Made by a program: the position numbers and the translations under genes. The notes under the pieces are model-generated. The model had not been told where the DNA came from, searched no databases, and was given only the letters and a program-made list of their open reading frames with translations. Positions 55,245 through 64,000 of a DNA stretch of 64,000 bases are shown here, one piece after another (the first letter of the stretch is position 1; every line of letters starts with the position of its first letter). Source of the DNA: Eledone cirrhosa (lineage: Eukaryota); assembly GCA_964016885.1 (NCBI GenBank), contig OZ024763.1, positions 14,880,001 to 14,944,000 of the forward strand. Direction: 5' to 3'.

Positions 55245-55665
55245 AATGGTTTCTTATATAGGCACAAGGCCAGCAATTTTGGGGGAGGGGAAAGTCGATT
55301 AAAAGGACCCCAGTGCGTGACTGGTACTTTATTTTGTCGACCCCGTAAGGATGAAAGGCAAAGTTAACCTCGACGGGATTTGAACTCAGATTATAAAGGG
55401 CCGTAACTCTTTGCTGCAAAGCATGGCGTCCGACCCTCTACCGATACTGCCAATCCACCGCCCTACACTTACTTAATAATTGTTTCTACTTTAGGCGCAA
55501 GGCCAGCAATTACCTCCCAGTGTATTACTGGTACTTTATTTTATCTACCCCGTAAGGATGAAAGGCAAAGTCAACCTCGGCGGGATTTGAACTCAGATCG
55601 TAAAGGGATGTAACTATGCTGGAAAGCATGGCGTCCGACCCTCTACCGATACTGCCAATCCACCA
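55245..55665 (-). mobile_element. Two tandem SINE family A copies
   Basis: 55245-55463 and 55478-55665. Confidence 0.82.
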
Positions 55666-56281
55666 ATAATGAGAACATTTGTTATAAGACTAAATCCCGC
55701 CAAATTATTGATTATTTTCAAAATTATTTGTAAATCACAGAGTGTCTTCTTTTAGAAATAAAGCGGAACTTCGGTTCACAAACAATGTTTCCGAACATAA
55801 AACATCTTAGTTGACGAAGGGTGTCTCGAGTAACGAACACACAAGCCGGCAACAACGGTTGGCAACAAGATTGGAGTATCAGCGGGAAAGCGTCATTTGG
55901 TGTGTAGTTAGTTATTATGGTGATATCTATCTGTCTATCACACACAGTCTCTCTCTCTCAGTGTATTTCTCTCTCAACAGTTCGTATGGGGAAAATAGTT
56001 TCAGTTTATGAACATTCCGAGTGTCCAACGGCCTTCAAGAATCAATAAAGTTTGTGAACTGAAGTTCCACAGTAGGGTAATAGAAAAAGTACCGAAAAAA
56101 AACCTACCATCATAATTTTATGTAAGAACTTCTGTTAAATTATATTCCAAACACTAAATTTATTCTAGAAATTGAAATTTGTAGAATAGAACTTATTCGT
56201 TCTGTCCAACAATAAATTCCAGACCAGTCGGAGAAAATTTTTTTGAACAACCCACAAAAATGAGAAAAGGTAACGACTTAC

Positions 56282-56410
56282 TTTGAGTTTGTCTAATGAC
56301 TTGCGTCCTAGGTAACCACGGCAATAAGCTTGGAATTTGGTAATGGTTCCGGTGATCCTCTCATCCCGGGCCACTTCAAGACTGGTCAAGGAACCAGCAC
56401 GGAAAAATAC
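56282..56410 (-). CDS. MYO18A: Myosin XVIII exon: end of motor/converter and IQ motif (VFFRAGSLTSLEVARDERITGTITKFQAYCRGYLGRKSLDKLK)
   Basis: ttgcAG acceptor at 56411-56412, GTAAGT donor at 56281; 129 nt, phase 0/0. VFFRAG plus FQAYCRGYLGR IQ motif resembles the recalled vertebrate MYO18A VFFRAGTLARLE...FQAACRGYLAR. Confidence 0.93.
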
Positions 56411-56519
56411 CTGCAATTAAAAGTGAGAGGTGAGACATCATAATGAAGAATATATATGTAGATTTCAACAGAAACACACCTGCAATTATTTAATTAAAGG
56501 TAATACAGGTGAGTAATAT

Positions 56520-56700
56520 TAATTGTTTCTACTTTTGGCACAAGGCCAGCAAATTACCCAGTGCATTACTGGTACTTTATTTCATCGATTCCGTAAGGAT
56601 GAAAGGCAAAGTTAACCTCGGCGGGATTTGAACTCAGAACGGCAAGGGCCGTAGCTCTATGCGTCAAAGCATGGCGTCAGACTCTCGACCGATACTGCCA
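56520..56700 (-). mobile_element. SINE family A
   Basis: Matches the family consensus. Confidence 0.82.
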
Positions 56701-57189
56701 AATGAAGAATATGTATGTAGATTTCAACAGAAACACACCTGCAATAACTTAATTAAAGGTAATACAGGTGAGACATAATAATGAAGAATATGTATGTAGT
56801 CTACTTCAACAGAAACACACCTGCAATAACTTAATTAAAGGTAATACAGGTGAGACATAATAATGAAGAATATGTATGTAGTCTACTTCAACAGAAACAC
56901 ACCTGCAATTATTTAATTAAAGGTGAGGGGGGAAGACACAATAATGAGGAATATGTATGTAGGGAGATGGGAGCGGTGTCCAGGTATAGAAACCCTGCAA
57001 AAACTGGAACGATATAAACACAACCTGACACCATGTATACTTTGTAAAAAAAGGGTGCTCTGAAGAAATCAAATAACAAGGGAGGTAACTTATACATGAC
57101 GTATCCAGATGCTTTAGCTAGACATCCAGCAGCAATTGGGTTATTAATAAACAAGTAAGTGAACAGGTAAGAAGAATCAACCCCCACAC

Positions 57190-58432
57190 CAGGGGTCGGC
57201 AACTTCTTTGCCTCCACATAATATCGAATCCTATGAGATTTTGAAAGTATTTATTTTGAAAACAATACCTTAACATCAGTTTGAGTGACCAGTTACAGCC
57301 AGTTTCAACAGAAAGAGGTAGAGAATTCTGGCCGGTTTTGGCCGGTTTGAACACTAAAGGGTCGAGTATTAGTGACGGATAGCTGGCCGGACGAAGGCCA
57401 TAAAAGAATAATTGTTTCTATTTTTGGCACAAGGCCAGCAATTAACCAGTGTATTACTGGTACTTTATTTTATCGACCCCGTAAGGATGAAAGGCAAAGT
57501 TAACCTCGGCGGGATTTGAACTCAGAATGGCAAGGGCCGTAACTGAATGCGCCAAAGCATGGCGTCCGACCCTCTGCCGATACTGCCAATCCACCGCCAT
57601 AAAAGAATAATTATGGAAAATTACACATGCTAAAATTTAATCACGAGTGTTGACTCTACTTTAAAATAATTGGTATTAACCACAGATGAATGTAGTAATG
57701 GAAAAAATATCATTTATTCAATTTACGACATCGTTAGAATCATTTGTTTTGTGTCTAACACACGTGGGCATGCCCACAAAGTAAGAAAACAGCACAGTTC
57801 CCATGACTTTCGGAAACATTTTTTCACGCTCAGAGTTGCTGAAGCATGGAACAAACTACCTGCATCAGTTGTTAGCTGTCGAGACACTGCATCCTTTAAG
57901 GCCTCCATGGAACAAACTACCTGCATCAGTTGTTAGCTGTCGAGACACTGCATCCTTTAAGGCCTCCATGGAACAAACTACCTGCATCAGTTGTTAGCTG
58001 TTGAGACACTGCATCCTTTAAGGCCTCCATGGAACAAACTACCTGCATCAGTTGTTAGCTGTCGAGACACTGCATCCTTTAAGGCCTCCATGCTTCCCGA
58101 GATCCGCCAACACTACAGCTGACACATACACACATGTACTTCCCTGACATTTGTGTATTATTCTATGTACTATATTGACGAGTTGTAGTGCACCTGAGCA
58201 CTTTACACAATAATTTCATTATTATTATTAATATCTTAAAAATACATAGTAGCCAAAAACTTAATGGGAAACTTGATGTTTTTTTGTTCCTTGAAAACTT
58301 CTCAATATTAGGGTTCAAACTTGATGCCAAGAGCAAGATATTATCTCGTCTCTCATATTAGAATAAATTTAAATTTTAAATAAACAACTCATTGGGCATC
58401 AGTTCTTGAGGGTCATAGGTTGCCGACCTCTG
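57190..58432. mobile_element. hAT-type non-autonomous element with nested insertions
   Basis: TIRs CAGGGGTCGGCAAC / GTTGCCGACCTCTG; 8-bp TSD ccccacac/ccctacac; contains a MITE piece, SINE A (57408-57598) and a CR1 tail (57750-58230). Confidence 0.7.
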
Positions 58433-59283
58433 CCCTACACCCTACAATATGTGATAAAACCTTACAAGTATCAGAATTCATCTATCTAGGTCAGGGGTCC
58501 CTAAACTTTTTAAGATCATCGACCCCTTCATGGAATCCTTGATCCCTCCATGACCCCAGGCATGTACAAGAAATAGACATGAATAATTGTTTCTACTTTA
58601 GACACAAGGCCAGCAATTTCAAGGGGAAGGGAAAGTCGATTAAATTGACCCCAGTGCATTACTGGTACTTTATTTTTATCGACCCAGTAAAGATGAAAGG
58701 CGAAGCTACCTTCAGCGGGATTTGGCCTCAGAACGTAAAGAGTGGTATCCGACGCTCTACCGATGCTACCAATCTAATAATTAAGTAGATGTGCAGTTTC
58801 CATGCACATAAGCGCAGGAAAACTGCATTCCAAACGCTGCTTTCACTATACATCAGTATGGGAACCTGCATACCACACCCTGCAAAACTGTTGTTCTGTA
58901 TCCCTTCCCCCTGGGAATATGTCTTATGAAATATAGGGAAACTGTTTACTGTCGTAGAGTCGGAGGAGTTCCGTGACAGATAGACAATGATTAACCCTTT
59001 CATACACCTGATATTCCACCTCCATACACATGCACGCATGTATCTGTGTGTATATCATGACTCATACACTGTTCACTTTCCTGACATTTGTACTATATAT
59101 GCACATTTGATGAGTTGTAGTGCACCTGAGCACTGTACGAGATACACTCTATTTAAATTAATTAATGAAGAATTTTGAGGGATTTACTAAAATCATTAAT
59201 TATTTCATTACTAGCACAGTAGCTTAATGTAAGGTTCTCATAAAAAATTATGTTACATTATAATTTATATAAGATAATTGTAT

Positions 59284-59943
59284 TTAACCCTTTAGTGTTC
59301 AAACCGACCAAAACCGGCCAGAATTCTCTACCTCATTCTGTTGAAACTGGCTGTAACTGGTCACTCAAACTGATGTTAAGGTATTGTTTTCAAAATAAAT
59401 ACTTTCAAAATCTCATAGATTCGATATTATGTGAGATAATTATGTGAGGTAAAGCCTTTACCATGAAAATACAATAGTATATATAGAGTAATGTGAATGT
59501 TATGTGAGATATTATGCGAGGTAAAGCCTTTACCATGAAAATACAATAGTATATATAGAGTAATGTAAATGTTATGTGAGATATTATGTGAGGTAAAGCC
59601 TTTACTATGAAAATATAATAGTAAATATAGAGTAATGTGAATGTTATATGAGATATTATGTGAGGTAAAGCCTTTACCATGAAAATACAATAGTAAATAT
59701 AGAGTAATGTGAATGTTATGTGAGATATTATGCGAGGTAAAGCCTTTACTATGAAAATATAATAGTAAATATAGAGTAATGTGAATGTTATGTGAGATAT
59801 TATGTGAGGTAAAGCCTTTACCATGAAAATACAATAGTAAATATAGAGTAATGTGAATGTTATGTGAAATATTATGTGAGGTAAAGCCTTTACCATGAAA
59901 ATACAATAGTATATATAGAGTAATGTGAATGCTAAACGGTTAA
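59284..59943 (+). mobile_element. piggyBac-like MITE with a 72-bp x ~7 internal array
   Basis: TTAACCCTTTAG...CTAAACGGTTAA; same unit as 40990-42430. Confidence 0.8.
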
Positions 59944-60214
59944 CCCTATCCATTCCAATTATTACTGACATGTGATGTGCATGGATGATAGTCACTGAAT
60001 GAAGAAGTACCAGGAATTCCCAGTGGAAGGAAGCTAGAGCAGAGATAGTCCAAGGAAGACCTGGGCAAAGGTGGTGAGGACTGATCTTAAATTGTTAAGA
60101 CTCACAGAGGAGATGAGGATGGAATGCAACAAGTCGAAAGATGCTGTGCTGAAATGGACCCATCCAACCCATGCAAGCATGGAAACACGGACATAAAACC
60201 TATCAAGATTATTA

Positions 60215-60415
60215 TTGGCAGTATCGGTAGAGGGTCGGACGCCATGCTTTCCAGCATAGCTACGTCCCTTTACAATCTGAGTTCAAATCCCACCGAGGTT
60301 GACTTTGCCTTTCATCCTTACGGGGTCGATAAAATAAAGTACCAGTAATGCACTGGGTAATTGCTGGCCTTGTACCTAAAGTAGAACCAGTTATTATTAT
60401 TATTATTATTATTAT
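60215..60415 (+). mobile_element. SINE family A
   Basis: Matches the consensus, (ATT)n tail. Confidence 0.82.
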
Positions 60416-60771
60416 TGGGTGGGTAAGTTGGTGTCATCAGCTAGCACATTTATTATGAAAATAAATAACTTCTTCTCGCGTACAAGATACCTGCAATTAT
60501 GCAATATCACCCAGGTGTTGTAACCAGCTCACAGTAATGGGATTAGGGTGTGTAAGGTCCCTCTTCTCCTCAGGTGAGCAGAGATCTTGGTACTCACTCA
60601 GTTGAGTGCTCTGTTGAACAGTCTGCTCTACTGAGCCACACTGGTAAGCTGCTGATGGACGCTACTTCCAGTGATGTATGACCACCGTGTATCGACCAGC
60701 ACTTCATACTGTTTAATTTCATTCATATTAAGTATTTGAGAAGTTTTAATTCCTATTTCTATCTATGCAGT

Positions 60772-61106
60772 TACTGTATATACTTGAATGTAAGCCAATC
60801 CAAATATTACCCACCCGACTATTTTATGTCTGAGAAATGGGCAAAACTCTAAACCCCATTTATAAGCTGACCATCCCCAACTATTATAGGTCTGAGAAAT
60901 AGGTAAAACTCTAAACCCCATTTATAAGCTGACCATCCCCAACTATTATAGGTCTGAGAAATAGGCAAAACTCTAAACCCCGTTTATAAGCTGAGACAGC
61001 TAATCAACACACTGTTTAGATGGCGTATATAAGTTGACCCCACCATTTTACCATCAATTTTTTGGGGGTCACATATTCCTCGGTTAATATTCAAGTGTAT
61101 ATGTTA
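60772..61106. mobile_element. pogo/Tc2-like MITE with an internal ~62-bp tandem repeat
   Basis: TA-CTGTATATACTTGAAT... / ...ATTCAAGTGTATATGT-TA imperfect TIRs. Confidence 0.5.
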
Positions 61107-61117
61107 TCTATCTATCT

Positions 61118-61230
61118 AAGGCGGGTAAAATTCCCGAGATCCATGGACGAGTTCTCTCCAGCGGTCTCTGTCCTTCATCATCGCTGCCATGTCCTGCTTC
61201 TCCAAGACACCTGTGTCTGTCCTTAGGGCA
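61118..61230 (-). mobile_element. RTE/RTEX 3' fragment
   Basis: Similar to the reverse complement of 11620-11735. Confidence 0.78.
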
Positions 61231-61369
61231 CCAACATGTTATAATAATAATAACAGTAATATTTCTTTCTTTATTAGCCACATAGGGCTCACATTAAGGA
61301 GACATTAAAGACGATATGGTGTGGGGTTTTTTTTGTGTAAAATAAAATTTATAACATCGAGGGTAGAAT

Positions 61370-61543
61370 AATAATTGTTTCTACTTTTGGCACAAGACCA
61401 GCAATTATCCCAGTGTATTACTGGTACTTTATTTTATCGACCCCATAAGGATGAAAGGCAAAGTCAACCTCGGCGGGATTTGAACTAAGATCGTAAAGAG
61501 ACGTAATTATGCTGGAAAGCATGGCGTCCGACCCTCCACCGCC
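61370..61543 (-). mobile_element. SINE family A
   Basis: Matches the consensus. Confidence 0.8.
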
Positions 61544-62986
61544 CTTAATAATAATAATAATGATTTCTTTATTGGCCACAACAATAATATTAATAATAAT
61601 AATGAAAATGATTGTGTATAGTGGCTCAGGTGCACATATTTACTGTTGGAAACACTGAAATGAGAGAGACAAGATGCCAGGAACAATTGAGAAGAGACAG
61701 AGACAATTAACATTTGACAAATCAAAAAACTACCTGAATAATTCTTTCTAATTTAGACACAAGATCAGCAATCTGGGGGAGGGGGAAAGTTGATTATATT
61801 GACCCCCAGTATTTTAACTGACACTTTATTTTATCAACCTCTGAAGGATGAAAGGTAAAAGCGATCTGGGCAGGATTCAAACACAAAATGTAGAGAGATT
61901 TAACTAAATATCGCAAACTATTTTGTCCGACACTCTGAAGATCCTGCCAACCCATTGCCCTACATTAGCTACATAATAATAATACCTTTGAGTTTATTAC
62001 AGAAAGGGCTTACCTGAGAAAAACAGATAACGGTGAGGAGTATATTAATGAAATATGTAGTCCAGGTGATCGACTCTGATTGGAATATAACCTCATCGGG
62101 TTGGAGAGGGCACATGGAATCGTTAGCTGACGGCATTCTTGTTGATGGCCGAGGTGCACTGCTACAGTGTGCAGCTAGTTAGAATGGTGTTGGAACTAAC
62201 ACAACACAACACAACACAACACAACACACTGCACAGCCTTACACAGACCTCACATCTCACCAATGCCCCCATACCTCCTCACCCAATGAACGTCAAATCT
62301 ATCTCACACTCGTAGCTGACCCTCATGGCCGTCTCACCTTCACAACACCCACTCACAGTTGACCCCTCTCACACACCGACGTCACCCTAACATCTACCTC
62401 ACCCCCTCCACAGCTCTCGTTGCCAACTGACCGATCAACCCAATCAACAGACCTGGAATCGGAGTATAAAAGAAGCATGTAATGTCCTTTGAGAAGTTGT
62501 TGTTGTTGTTGGTGGTGGTGGTGGTGGTGTTGTTGGCAGTGGTAGTTAATGTGGTTGTTGTTGTGATTGTAGCTATGGTTGTTGTTGTTGTTGTTGTGAT
62601 TGTGGTTGTTGTTGTTGTTGCTCCACTGTGTCTGACTAAATTAATAAGTGGTCAAAACAACTCCAGGAGTGAGAATAGAATTAAAAGCAATAATAGACTG
62701 GGGGTGGTGGGCTGGGGTGGGACGGGACATATATTGGCAGGGTGGGGACAGGAGGAGGAGGGTGGTGGCAGAGATGGGGAAGGAGGGGGAGGAGGGTGGC
62801 AGAATAGGGTAAGATATATATATATATATGTGAGTTGAGGACTGTTTACTGAACACATATATTGGCTTTGCTGGTGGTGGGATCGGGTGGGGTGGAAAGT
62901 GTCTTGAGGGGGTGAGGTGGGGGTTTAATGTGGAAGGCTGAGAGTTTCTCATTCATACATACATCTGTTGACTGGAGAGAGAAGCA

Positions 62987-63043
<57 letters not shown>

Positions 63044-63251
63044 CCACCCATATATATATAGACATACATGCACGCATATACATATATGTGTGTTTGTGTA
63101 TATATATATATATATATAAATTTGTGTATATATATATATATAAATTTGTGTATATATATAAATACACACACACACACACAGAAAGAGTATATATAAACAT
63201 AGGACAGACAGAGAGTTACTTAAGAGAAATCTAGTCAAGGAATTTAATGTT

Positions 63252-63665
<414 letters not shown>

Positions 63666-63757
63666 GAGAATAAAGGGGAATTCCTTGCTTTGGATTAGGT
63701 GGACATGGGTTCAAATTAGAGCAACTCCTCCTGGTTCCCTTCTATAACAATTTAAAA

Positions 63758-63948
63758 ATAATTGTTTCTACTTTAGGCACAAGGCCAGAAATTACCCCAG
63801 TGCATCACTGGTACTTTATTTTATGGACCTCGTAAGGATGAAAGGCAAAGTTAACCTCGGTGGAATTTGAACTCAGATCATAAAGGGTCGCAACTCTTTG
63901 CTACAAAGCATGGCGTCCGACCCTCTACTGATTCTGCCAATCCTCCGC
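63758..63948 (-). mobile_element. SINE family A
   Basis: Matches the consensus. Confidence 0.8.
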
Positions 63949-64000
63949 AGAGTGTAATAATAATAATAAAAAGGACGATTTGTTATGTCTTCATTATGTT

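Noticed and set aside
62014-62100. Preceding myosin coding exon ending ...FSQ
   Set aside because: The in-frame peptide is not myosin-like; the true upstream exon is probably outside the window.
62100-62490. Solo LTR or promoter with TATAAAA at ~62465
   Set aside because: No TG..CA ends, TSD or second copy is visible.

Overview
Eukaryotic, AT-rich, microsatellite-saturated genomic DNA. The repeat landscape suggests a coleoid cephalopod (Octopus-like); this is inference. The only host gene is a class XVIII myosin (MYO18A/Mhcl-like) on the minus strand. It has four phase-0 exons (56282-56410, 7661-7804, 4511-4600, 908-1027) encoding the end of the motor, the IQ neck and the start of the coiled coil, with a 48.5-kb intron splitting the neck. 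The introns hold two abundant tRNA-derived SINE families, RTE, CR1, R4/Dong and Tx1-like LINE 3' ends, piggyBac/hAT/pogo-type MITEs and many minisatellites, several visibly grown from inside transposons. Most ORFs in the supplied track are repeat artefacts. The most notable signal is about 15 type I hammerhead ribozyme cores from many unrelated short elements, mostly within or beside (TA)n tracts. Several sit in near-perfect head-to-head fold-backs whose junctions fall at or near the catalytic core, and three share an unusual U-U pair at the base of stem II. Folds were assigned by eye and no activity is demonstrated.
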